A stretch of DNA of 64,000 bases from the NCBI GenBank assembly GCA_964561105.1, contig CAZLOH010000008.1:3093-67092 (forward strand). Reading direction: 5' to 3'. This document shows, in pieces, positions 29,923-38,383 of the stretch. The position numbers and the translations under genes were made by a program. Numbering within the stretch: position 1 is the first letter of the stretch; every line of letters starts with the position of its first letter. The notes under the pieces are model-generated. The model saw only the letters and a list, made by a program, of their open reading frames with translations, did no database searches and had not been told where the DNA came from. The stretch comes from an uncultured Bifidobacterium sp. Its GTDB lineage: Bacteria; Verrucomicrobiota; Verrucomicrobiia; Limisphaerales; JADLHS01.

Positions 29923-29951
29923 ACTTTAGTTCGCGCTTGGGAATCAAGCAA
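29923..29951 (-). promoter_or_regulatory. Promoter of TA cassette 2 (leaderless)
   Basis: Minus strand TTGCTT-17 nt-TAAAGT, 6 nt before the ATG at 29916. Confidence 0.65.
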
Positions 29952-29961
29952 GCCACGGTGG

Positions 29962-30068
29962 AAAGCGCTGAACTTTCTGCGGCAACGGGGATTCAAATAC
30001 TCAAAAGCGTCAAAGGCGGCATCGCGGCGTGGTCGGATGAAATTGACCGAAACGTGCCGAAGTATTGA
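29962..30068 (+). pseudogene. Duplicate of the moeB 3' end (about 107 bp) carrying a 1-nt deletion
   Basis: AAAGCGCTGAACTTTCTGCGGCAAC...AAATACTCAAAAGCGTC (moeB reads AAATACCTCAAAAGCGTC), then identical to moeB up to the stop. Confidence 0.92.
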
Positions 30069-30525
30069 AGCGAGGCAATTCACCGCAAAGGCGCAGCGCG
30101 ACCGAGTCACAAGCCAAGGGGCGCGGCTGTGCTGAAAGCCAGCCGCAGCAGCTACACCTTCATAGATCGGTTGGGGAGGGGTAACACGACCCGGCGTTCA
30201 AACGTGCTGCGGCTGGTGCTGCGCACACAGCCGCGCTCCGGAGAAATCTTTGCAGCACGCAACGAAGTTGGGAGATAGCACTGCAAAGAAGTGCAGTCGC
30301 AAGGAAAGCCCGTCAGGGCTGACATATTTGTAGCCTGGCCATCGCACTCAAGCCCAAGCCCTGTAGGGGCGACATCGTGTAGCGAGACAGAATACGTCGC
30401 TCCGCTGGAGCTTGTAGTTTTGCGTGGTTGGTTTTCTACAAAGCTGCTGCACCTGCGGTGCTGGTGTCGCGGACGATCCAGACTCCCTTGCGTCTTTGCC
30501 CCTTGGCGTCTTTGCGTTGCTTCGG
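30069..30525. repeat. Composite palindromic element R3
   Basis: The first ~230 bp are nearly identical to R1; the last ~150 bp are nearly identical to R2. Confidence 0.88.
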
Positions 30526-30576
30526 GGCATCACCGCCGGGAGCGATGAGATTGTTTCCAAAGTGCCGAGGTATTGA
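30526..30576 (+). pseudogene. Diverged copy of the moeB C-terminal codons (GITAGSDEIVSKVPRY*)
   Basis: GGCATCACCGCCGGGAGCGATGAGATTGTTTCCAAAGTGCCGAGGTATTGA. Confidence 0.85.
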
Positions 30577-30666
30577 GCGCGACGACCAAACTCGCGTGAA
30601 ATCTTCGATCAACTTGGGTGCGTGGATCGCACGGACTGTTTGTCGAGAGAAACGGCATCGCGCCGG

Positions 30667-31377
30667 CTAATCTCCGCCAATCAACAAGCGGTCCACTGCT
30701 TCCCCGCCATCACCGAGCGAGAACAGGCGGTCGGAGATTTCATTCAAGGCCCGGCGCGTGGTGGTGAAGCGTTCCGAGAGTGTGCCGAGGATGCTGGTCA
30801 GTTCGTAGCGTTGCGCCAACCGATGATCGCTGGCCGCGCGGTATTGGCTGCGCCCCAGCGCCTCATAGTAATGCAAATCCGGAAAGCCGCGCTGTTCCGC
30901 CCGGAAGCGGATGCGTTCATGGAAGACGCCGGAGAGGAACAGGGAGTGGTTCCCAATGTGAACTCGGATTTGGAAGCTGGTGCGGTCATCCGCCGTTTGC
31001 AACGCGGCAAGCATTTCGAAGAAATAGTCCAGGACGTTGGGCTGGCCGGGGACGACGCAGCGCAACTGTTCTGTGCGGGCGAATTCCGCCAGCACCTCGG
31101 CCACGTAATCCGCCACGGCGCGATCCTTGATGTCGGCGCGCTGGAAAACGTGACGGACCAGGATGTAGAAATAGAAGTGAGTGGAGACACGCAGGCAACC
31201 GCGCCGTTCGAGCAGCGTGTGCAACAGCGCCGGGTCGTCGAGGATCTGGTCGCGGGTTTCCACGTCGGCGAGCAGTTTGACGAGACAATCCGCATTGCCC
31301 GTTTTCGTGCCGAGTACCGACACGATGAACTCGATGTCCTCCGCGGCGAATTGCACGCGGCAGTTGGGTTGAATCAC
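30667..31377 (-). CDS. Conserved hypothetical protein (helical, PVC-type)
   Basis: Long ORF with host-like codon usage (VIQPNCRVQFAAEDIEFIV...HIGNHSLFLSGVFHERI...YYEALGRSQY). Start moved to the GTG at 31377. Confidence 0.7.
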   Translation of the reverse strand: MIQPNCRVQFAAEDIEFIVSVLGTKTGNADCLVKLLADVETRDQILDDPALLHTLLERRGCLRVSTHFYFYILVRHVFQRADIKDRAVADYVAEVLAEFARTEQLRCVVPGQPNVLDYFFEMLAALQTADDRTSFQIRVHIGNHSLFLSGVFHERIRFRAEQRGFPDLHYYEALGRSQYRAASDHRLAQRYELTSILGTLSERFTTTRRALNEISDRLFSLGDGGEAVDRLLIGGD

Positions 31378-31654
31378 TTTCACGCTTTCAACAGTGGTCT
31401 GCGCTACTATGCCCTCGAATGGCCAGGAAGCAAAACCAGTTCCAGCGGACGGACGATGCGGTGATTCTCGACGCCGCGTCCGCAAACCGCCCTGCATCCC
31501 ATTTCCGCCTGAACACCTTGGATGCACGCAGGTCTCGCCAAAATTTTGACGCTCCTTTCCCCCGCCGTTGATCAGCGCACCAGCCACGCAGCCAGGACCG
31601 CCGCGAATTGCTGGACAGTTTTGCCCATTGTGTAGAATAGACGGCGCAGTGCCG

Positions 31655-32545
31655 ATGCCCCTTGAATCTCACGAACCAGCGGAAGCGCCGACCGCCCAGA
31701 TCCCGGCCCGGTCGCGATCGCAGGCGATGGACTGGAGTCTCGTGCTCGCGAGCCAGGGCATCGAGCACGCGGTGGAACGGCCGGCTGAAGCAGGCTGGGG
31801 TTTGCGGCTGGCCGGAACGGACTACGAGCGCGCGCTCGCGGTCATCCGCCAATACCAGCGCGAGAACCGGCATTGGCCGTGGCGCAAAGCAATTCCGCAC
31901 AGCGGCGAAATCTTTGACTGGGGCGTCGTTGGTTGGGTGCTGTTGAATGTGATGTTCTACTACGTCAGCGACCGGCATCCGGACTGGCGCAACGCGGCCT
32001 TGATGGACGGCGGAGCGCTGGCGCATGGCGAATGGTGGCGGCTGTTCACCGCCACGCTGTTGCACGCGGACTTCGCGCATCTGACGGCCAATGCGCTGTT
32101 CGGGTTTGTGCTGCTGGGTCTGGCGATGGGCCGGCTGGGAACGGGCATCGGGTTGCTGGCGACGTTGCTCGCAGGCGCGGTGGGCAATCTGACTTCGTGG
32201 TGGGTGCGGGGAGACCAGTTTCACGGACTCGGCGCGTCGGGCGTGGTGATGGGCGCACTGGGGCTGGTGACCGTGCAATCCTTCGCGCTGTTGCAAAAAC
32301 ATCCGCGCGCCGGGAGAATTATTCTGGTTGGGCTGGCGGGCGGCGCCATGCTCTTCACGTTACTCGGGCTTTCACCCGAAGCGGATGTGGTGGCGCATTT
32401 CGGCGGATTTCTGGCCGGCATCGTTTTCGGTTTTCTCCTTTCACCGCCACAACTGCGCCGGCGTACCATCAATATCGCCGCCGGTATCCTGTTCGCGGCG
32501 TTAATCCTATGGACCTGGAAACTGGCGATCAGCCACGCTACATGA
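31655..32545 (+). CDS. Rhomboid-family intramembrane serine protease
   Basis: EWWRLFTATLLHADFAHL, GASG (catalytic Ser) and AHFGGF (catalytic His). Confidence 0.92.
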   Translation: MPLESHEPAEAPTAQIPARSRSQAMDWSLVLASQGIEHAVERPAEAGWGLRLAGTDYERALAVIRQYQRENRHWPWRKAIPHSGEIFDWGVVGWVLLNVMFYYVSDRHPDWRNAALMDGGALAHGEWWRLFTATLLHADFAHLTANALFGFVLLGLAMGRLGTGIGLLATLLAGAVGNLTSWWVRGDQFHGLGASGVVMGALGLVTVQSFALLQKHPRAGRIILVGLAGGAMLFTLLGLSPEADVVAHFGGFLAGIVFGFLLSPPQLRRRTINIAAGILFAALILWTWKLAISHAT

Positions 32546-32603
32546 AAATCGTTTATCCTACTGGCGACCGTCAGGAAAACCCGACATCCTTCTCCGGCTG
32601 GCA

Positions 32604-33695
32604 ATGAAAACATTGCACCCGACCATTTTTCTTGCCCTCACCCTGCCTTTTCTTGCGCCCATGAAATCCATCAGCGCGCCGGTTGACCCGCGCGGCCTCC
32701 AGTTCATTGCCTTTCATTCCACTGCCGCATTTACGCAAAGCTGCGGAACGAACGCGGATGAAATAATTCTTACCTCACCCGAAATAAGAACCCGGATTCG
32801 TTGGGACGAACTCATTGCCTCTTGGAACGCCACCACACCAGCGGGCACCGGTTTGTCCGTCGCCGTCCGCGCCATTTATCCCGACCACGCAACGAAATGG
32901 TTCACGATGGGCATCTGGTCCTCTCATCCGGACAGGTATCCACGCACCAGCGTCCGCCGGCAGAAGGACTCCGACGGCGATGTGGACACGGACACGCTGT
33001 CGCTCAAGCAACCGGCAGAGCGCGTCCAAGTACGCGTCACGCTCACCGCCGCGGGCAGACAAAAACCGAAGCTGAAATTCCTCAGCCTCTCGCTACGGGA
33101 TCGGACAGCGACGCCCGCCCCCTTGCCTCCGGACCAAAAGGCCTGGGGCAAAACCATCGCCGTCGTGGAGCGGTCCCAGATGGCCTACGAAAACGGAAAT
33201 CAGATTTGCAGTCCCACGACCGTTTCCATGTTGCTCGCTTATTGGAGCCGGCGGCTGGATCGGCCGGGACTGGACGACGGCGTGCCGGCGGTGGTGCGCG
33301 GGGTTTACGACCCGGAATGGGGCGGCACGGGCAATTGGGTGTTCAACACCGCCTACGCCGGGTCGTTCCGCTGGATGCGCGCCTACACCACCCGATTGAG
33401 CGATGTGGCCGAGCTGGAAGCGTTCATCGCCCAGGGCATTCCCGTCGGCCTTTCGCTCTGTTACAACCGGCTGCGTGGAAAGAGTCGCGTTCCGAGCGGC
33501 CACCTGGTCGTCTGCGTTGGGTTCACCCAGAATGGCGACGTCATCCTCAACGACCCGGGCACGAGCCGTCAGGTGCGAAAAACTTTTCCACGGGCAAACT
33601 TGATTGATGCCTGGGCCTACTCCAAGAACACGGTCTATCTGATTTACCCTGTGAATACGCGGCTGCCGCACGATCGCTTTGGACATTGGGAGTAG
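32604..33695 (+). CDS. Secreted peptidase C39-like protein
   Basis: Signal peptide, SQM...ICSPTTVSM (Cys), GNWVFNTAYA and GHLVVCVGF...VILNDP. Confidence 0.82.
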   Translation: MKTLHPTIFLALTLPFLAPMKSISAPVDPRGLQFIAFHSTAAFTQSCGTNADEIILTSPEIRTRIRWDELIASWNATTPAGTGLSVAVRAIYPDHATKWFTMGIWSSHPDRYPRTSVRRQKDSDGDVDTDTLSLKQPAERVQVRVTLTAAGRQKPKLKFLSLSLRDRTATPAPLPPDQKAWGKTIAVVERSQMAYENGNQICSPTTVSMLLAYWSRRLDRPGLDDGVPAVVRGVYDPEWGGTGNWVFNTAYAGSFRWMRAYTTRLSDVAELEAFIAQGIPVGLSLCYNRLRGKSRVPSGHLVVCVGFTQNGDVILNDPGTSRQVRKTFPRANLIDAWAYSKNTVYLIYPVNTRLPHDRFGHWE

Positions 33696-33853
33696 CCACT
33701 GACGAACGCGCGAAACTCAGAATCCCAAGCGCCACCTTCCCAAGAAGCTTCCAGCGCCAAACTTAGAATTGTCGCCGGAAGCAAACGCCACTGATCCCTG
33801 GCGTTTGACACCACGAGTTAAACTTTCCCCCGCCCGCCGCGCCCACTAACCTC

Positions 33854-35383
33854 ATGACGATGTCGAAATCAGGCACAGTGTATCTCGTGGGCGCCGGACC
33901 GGGCGACCCCGGATTGCTCACGTTGCGCGGCGCGGAGTTATTGAAGCGCGCCGACGTGGTGATCTACGATTTGCTGGTTAATCAAGAACTGCTCCGGCAC
34001 GCCCGCAGCGATTGCGAACTCCTTTCGCGCGGCAAACGCCAGGACGTTTCTCAAGAACAACTCAACGCGTTGATGATTGCCAAAGCCCGGGAAGGTAAAT
34101 GCGTCGTGCGGCTCAAGGGCGGCGATCCCTACACCTTCGGTCGCGGGGGCGAGGAAGCGGAAGCGCTGGCGGCGGCGAAAATTTCTTTCGAGGTCGTGCC
34201 CGGCGTGTCCTCCATCACGGCGGCGGCGAATTACGCCGGCATCCCGCTCACGCATCGCGATCACACCTCCAACTTCACGGTATTCACCGGTCACGAGGGC
34301 GACGGCAAAACCACGAGCGCGCTCGACTTCGATCAGATTGCCCGCATCTCCGGCACGAAGGTGATTTTGATGGGGGTGACGCACCTGCCTGAACTCACGC
34401 AAGCTCTGTTGTCGCGCGGAATGTCACCTGGCACGCCGGTCGCGATTGTGCAATGGGGCACATGGGGAAAACAAAAATCTTGCGTCGGCTCGCTCGGCAC
34501 GATCGAGAAGCTGGTGGCGAAGGAACACATCACCCCGCCCGCTCTGACGATCATCGGCGACGTGGTGAAGTTCCGCGAGAAGTTGAACTGGTTCGAGCGC
34601 CGGCCGCTGTTTGGTCAGCGCGTGGTCGTCACCCGTTCACGCGTCCAGGCGCCGGAACTGACGACCCGGTTCGCGGAACTGGGCGCGGACGTGCTGGAGA
34701 TTCCGTGCATCCTGCGGAGCGCGCCGGGCAATCCGCAGCATCTGGCGGATGCGTTGCTTGAATTGAACTCCTACGACTGGCTGGTGTTCACCAGCGCCAA
34801 CGGCGTCACGGCGTTTTTCGAATACTTCTTCCGCGCATTCCAGGACCTGCGCCATATCGGCGGCGTACGGCTGGCCGCCATCGGTCCGGCCACGGCGGCC
34901 CGACTGCGCGAGTTGCATTTGGAAGTGGATTTGGTGCCCGAGGAAGCGCTCGCCGCAAAAATCGCGAAGGAGTTCGTAAAGGTCGGGAGTATCGAACATC
35001 AAAAAATCTGTCTGCTCCGGGCCGAGGTGGCGAACCCGGATTTGCCGCGTGAGTTGGAAGCGCTCGGAGCCATTGTGGACGACATCCCGGTTTATCGCAC
35101 GGTCGCCGAGACTGATCTAGCCGCCGCAGCCAGCACGCGGTTGCTCGCAGAAGGCGTGGATTGGATCACCTTCACGAGCGCCTCGACGGTTGAGCATTTT
35201 CACACGCGATTCGGTCTGCCCGCATTGTTGAAAAAATTTCCGCAAACGAAACTGGCTTCCATCGGGCCGGAGACGAGCAAAGCCCTGGCGACGCTGGCGC
35301 TCCAACCGACGGTGGAAGCCAGGACGCACACGATCGAGGGGTTGGTGTTGGCGCTGTTGAAAGGTAAGGGTCGGAAAAGCTGA
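33854..35383 (+). CDS. cobA: Uroporphyrinogen-III C-methyltransferase fused to uroporphyrinogen-III synthase
   Basis: VYLVGAGPGDPGLLT, VRLKGGDPYTFGRGGEE and VVPGVSS; C-terminal HemD domain (VVVTR, FTSANGV, AIGPAT, FTSASTV). Confidence 0.93.
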   Translation: MTMSKSGTVYLVGAGPGDPGLLTLRGAELLKRADVVIYDLLVNQELLRHARSDCELLSRGKRQDVSQEQLNALMIAKAREGKCVVRLKGGDPYTFGRGGEEAEALAAAKISFEVVPGVSSITAAANYAGIPLTHRDHTSNFTVFTGHEGDGKTTSALDFDQIARISGTKVILMGVTHLPELTQALLSRGMSPGTPVAIVQWGTWGKQKSCVGSLGTIEKLVAKEHITPPALTIIGDVVKFREKLNWFERRPLFGQRVVVTRSRVQAPELTTRFAELGADVLEIPCILRSAPGNPQHLADALLELNSYDWLVFTSANGVTAFFEYFFRAFQDLRHIGGVRLAAIGPATAARLRELHLEVDLVPEEALAAKIAKEFVKVGSIEHQKICLLRAEVANPDLPRELEALGAIVDDIPVYRTVAETDLAAAASTRLLAEGVDWITFTSASTVEHFHTRFGLPALLKKFPQTKLASIGPETSKALATLALQPTVEARTHTIEGLVLALLKGKGRKS

Positions 35384-35590
35384 CGATGCCGGGGCGACGA
35401 CGAAGCGATCGCCCAACAAGCAAGCTTGCCTCATCCGTTTGACGGCGACGAGTCGCCTGCCAAAAGCGCGGACAAGTTTGCGCACTCCAAAGCGGCTGCG
35501 GCTTCACCGGCCGCTCCCGGCAACACGCACTCCGGTTCGGGGGCACAACTCAAAACTTGTGGGGAGGATTCGCGCCACAGCCGCCTCCGG

Positions 35591-35661
35591 GTAGCCGCCG
35601 AGGTGACGAGGCGGAGGCTCGAAGCCAACAATGGGTTCCGCCTCCTTACGTCGTCGGCTAC
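35591..35661. repeat. REP-like palindrome (GTAGCCGCCGAGGTGACGAGGCGGA...TCCGCCTCCTTACGTCGTCGGCTAC)
   Basis: Imperfect inverted repeat; second copy at 43670-43745. Confidence 0.8.
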
Positions 35662-35695
35662 GATTCAAGCAGGCCCGGCAAGAGGCGATCCGCTT

Positions 35696-36463
35696 TCAGT
35701 TCCGGAGCGGAGTCAGGGGCGGTTCTCCCAGCAATTCGGCCAGCTTCGGCTCCATGGCCTCAGCCCACAACCGGTAGCCAGCCGGCGTCAGATGCACAAA
35801 GTCGGGCATCATGTCTTTGGAAATTCTCCCGTCGGGCTGGACGAACTGGTAACCGAAGTCGAGAAATTGCACCCAGTAGCCATCGTCGAGTTGGTGGAGG
35901 GCTTGATTGACCTGGGCGGCCGTGGCGCGCTGGCGGTCGAAGTCTTCGCGAAAAGGAAAGATGCCCAGCAACAGCACTTTGGTTTCCGGCAATTTCTCGC
36001 GCAGCTTGCGGACCACAGCCGTCACGCCCTCCAGGATCATGCGGGGGGTGTTGCGTTCATCGGGAATGTTGTTCACGCCGATCAAGACCACCGCGACCTT
36101 GGGTTTCAGTCCCTCGATCTGGCCGTGGTCCAGTCGCCAGAGCACGTGTTGCGTGCGGTCGCTGCCGATGCCCAGATTGAGGGCGTGGCGCGGCGCGTAA
36201 TATCTGGCCCAGACATCCTTGCCGTTGCCTTCCCACCGTTCGGTGATCGAGTCGCCGATAAAAATCACCTGCGCCTGGCCGCCGCTGTTCTTGATGCGCT
36301 GACAAAGTTCATGGAATCGGTTGGTGGCGTGCGCTTCGGTACGTGGAACCGGCACGACACAAGGGTTGCTCTCCGGGGCCGGCTCGGTTTGGCCCGCGGC
36401 GCTCGCGGCCACCAACCATCCGGCCGCGATCCAGGCTCCGCACTTGGACGCAAAGAATTTCAT
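35696..36463 (-). CDS. SGNH/GDSL hydrolase (PAF-acetylhydrolase-like)
   Basis: FIGDSIT, GIGSDRT, IGVNN and DFVH motifs with a signal peptide. Start set at MKFFAS. Confidence 0.88.
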   Translation of the reverse strand: MKFFASKCGAWIAAGWLVAASAAGQTEPAPESNPCVVPVPRTEAHATNRFHELCQRIKNSGGQAQVIFIGDSITERWEGNGKDVWARYYAPRHALNLGIGSDRTQHVLWRLDHGQIEGLKPKVAVVLIGVNNIPDERNTPRMILEGVTAVVRKLREKLPETKVLLLGIFPFREDFDRQRATAAQVNQALHQLDDGYWVQFLDFGYQFVQPDGRISKDMMPDFVHLTPAGYRLWAEAMEPKLAELLGEPPLTPLRN

Positions 36464-36545
36464 TTGTGCAGAATCGAAATTACCTGCGGCGCATGCAAGC
36501 GGTTTTGCGGCAGACCGGCAACAGCGTGCGCCGCTTGACTCTGCC

Positions 36546-36664
36546 GGAGGGCGGCTGGGTTGAAAACCAGCCGCAGCAGCGTGAATAAATGGCGGCAGTG
36601 ATTCACCAAGCAGGCTGAGTTTAACATCCGCTGCGGCTGGTCGAGGACGACACAGCCGCGCTCC
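36546..36664. repeat. REP-like palindrome of the GCGGCTG...CAGCCGCAGCA family
   Basis: GCGGCTGGGTTGAAAACCAGCCGCAGCA...CTGCGGCTGGTCGAGGACGACACAGCCGCGCTCC; related to the modules in R1/R3 and to 49295-49543. Confidence 0.8.
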
Positions 36665-36714
36665 GCGCCCATTCCGGTTCGGGGGAAGTGCCAAACTCCG
36701 CCCGGCGACGATGG

Positions 36715-37662
36715 CTACAACCCAACAAACTTCAGCCCGAACCGAATCCACAGTGGAATGGTGGCCAGACCGACGAGCGAAGTGGCGATGACCACGCGCA
36801 CGGCGGTCGCCGGGTCGCCAGGATAAAGCCGCGACATGACGATGGGAAAAGTCGCCGCCGGCATCGCGGCTTCCAGCACGAGCACGCGTTTCAGTTCCAC
36901 GGACGCGGGCAGATAGCGGATGGCCAGCAGCAGGAGCAACGGCAACACGCCCTGGCGCATCAGGACGGCCACGCCCATGACGCGCCAGCCGGATTGGGAG
37001 TGAAATTCATGCAGATGATCCGCCACCACGGCGCCGATGAGGAGGAGCGCCATGGGAATGGCGCATTGGCCGAGCCAATGAATGCCCGTCAGCATCGGCC
37101 CGGGCAGATGCGCGTTCAGGCCCAGCTCATTGAGCACGAGCGCCAGCACGATGGCGATGAGCGGCCCGTTGAGGAGACGACGCCAGCTTTGAACGGGATT
37201 GCCGCCCTTCAACGTCCATACGCCTAACGTCCACAACGCCGTTTCCACGCCCATCATCAAGAGGAACAACACGCCGGTGGTGGCCTTGTCGAAGAGGAGA
37301 ATCGTCAGGGGCAGCGGAACATAACCATAATTCTGGAGGCCGACGCACAGGGCAAATGTGCGGATCGCCGGGCGTTCTTTTAGCCCGTGCCACCGGCGCA
37401 CCGCCCAGGCCAGCCCGATGCCCAGCGCGGCCATGGCGTACCCCAGCATCGGAGCCAGCAGCAGATTGCCGATCTGCCGCAAGGCTGGATTGCCCAGGGC
37501 CGAATCCAGGATGAGACACGGCAACAACACGTTCACCGTCACCCGCAACAGGCTTTGATCCGCCTCCTCGGTAAACCAGTTGGCCTTGCGCAGTCCCAAG
37601 CCCACGAGCATCAGGCCAAAGATCGGCAGGACGGCGCCGAGCACGGTGGAAAATTCAATCAT
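36715..37662 (-). CDS. AEC (auxin efflux carrier) family transporter
   Basis: VLPIFGLMLVG, VLLPCLI, QNYGYVPLPL, PMALLLIG and EAAMPAA. Start set at MIEFS. Confidence 0.88.
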   Translation of the reverse strand: MIEFSTVLGAVLPIFGLMLVGLGLRKANWFTEEADQSLLRVTVNVLLPCLILDSALGNPALRQIGNLLLAPMLGYAMAALGIGLAWAVRRWHGLKERPAIRTFALCVGLQNYGYVPLPLTILLFDKATTGVLFLLMMGVETALWTLGVWTLKGGNPVQSWRRLLNGPLIAIVLALVLNELGLNAHLPGPMLTGIHWLGQCAIPMALLLIGAVVADHLHEFHSQSGWRVMGVAVLMRQGVLPLLLLLAIRYLPASVELKRVLVLEAAMPAATFPIVMSRLYPGDPATAVRVVIATSLVGLATIPLWIRFGLKFVGL

Positions 37663-38206
37663 GGCAGAAAAAACCGAGCAGCACTTCGGATTCGAGAAGT
37701 TGCAGCTCGCGCAAGATCCGAATGTGCGGTTCGTCGCTTGCCGAGTCGCAAGCATCCACGAACGCGCCGGCGTCCCAACTGCCATTCGGCACCAGGCGTT
37801 TCGCCAGGTCCGCCGCCTCACACCGGTCGCTACCGTGAAGATACTCGCTCACCCGCCGGCCAATTTTCGGAAAGGCCGGGTGCTGGCCCACGCGCCGCCA
37901 CCAATACTTCGAGTTCCACGCGTCCGGCTCGCGCCGGTGCATGATGGCGTGGACAAAACTGCCGTCGGCGTTTTCGATTCCTTGCGCGAGGTTGTGCGAA
38001 GCATCGAGGTGATCGTGCCAGAGCAACAGGAGTGAGCGGATAAGTTGCTGTCGTGTCGCCGGGAGGCCGGTTTCGACGAACAACGAATCGAGTTTCGCAT
38101 TGAGCGTGGCCTCGGCCAAGACTCCTACGCGGGGACCCGGCCCGAGGTCGGCGGGTGCGGGAGTGACCAGCAATTTTTTGATTTCGGCAATGGCGGACTC
38201 GGACAT
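37655..38206 (-). CDS. Conserved hypothetical protein, translationally coupled to the AEC transporter
   Basis: C-terminal part of the 609-aa ORF, from MSESAIAEIK (LLLWHDHLDASH...HAIMHRREPDAWNSKYWWRRVG). The N-terminal part of that ORF is only the antisense of batD. Confidence 0.72.
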   Translation of the reverse strand: MSESAIAEIKKLLVTPAPADLGPGPRVGVLAEATLNAKLDSLFVETGLPATRQQLIRSLLLLWHDHLDASHNLAQGIENADGSFVHAIMHRREPDAWNSKYWWRRVGQHPAFPKIGRRVSEYLHGSDRCEAADLAKRLVPNGSWDAGAFVDACDSASDEPHIRILRELQLLESEVLLGFFCHD

Positions 38207-38383
38207 CGCGTCAGCTTGAACACGACGGCGGCGGTTGCCAAGAACGGAGCGCGGGACGGGAAGGTCCGGACGCCAGAATTTTGACCGAACATTATCCAGT
38301 GCCGATTGTCCACTATATGTCGGTCTGCCAGTGAACAGACGCTTGCGCCCGGCACACCGACCGACAAGACTGTTCGAGCAAAG

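Noticed and set aside
27364-30576. CRISPR array or classical integron attC array
   Set aside because: The repeats are long with gene-sized spacers and there are no cas genes. GCTGAACAAA after the PIN stop (28631) resembles an attC R'' box, but I found no matching GTTRRRY arm and no IntI.
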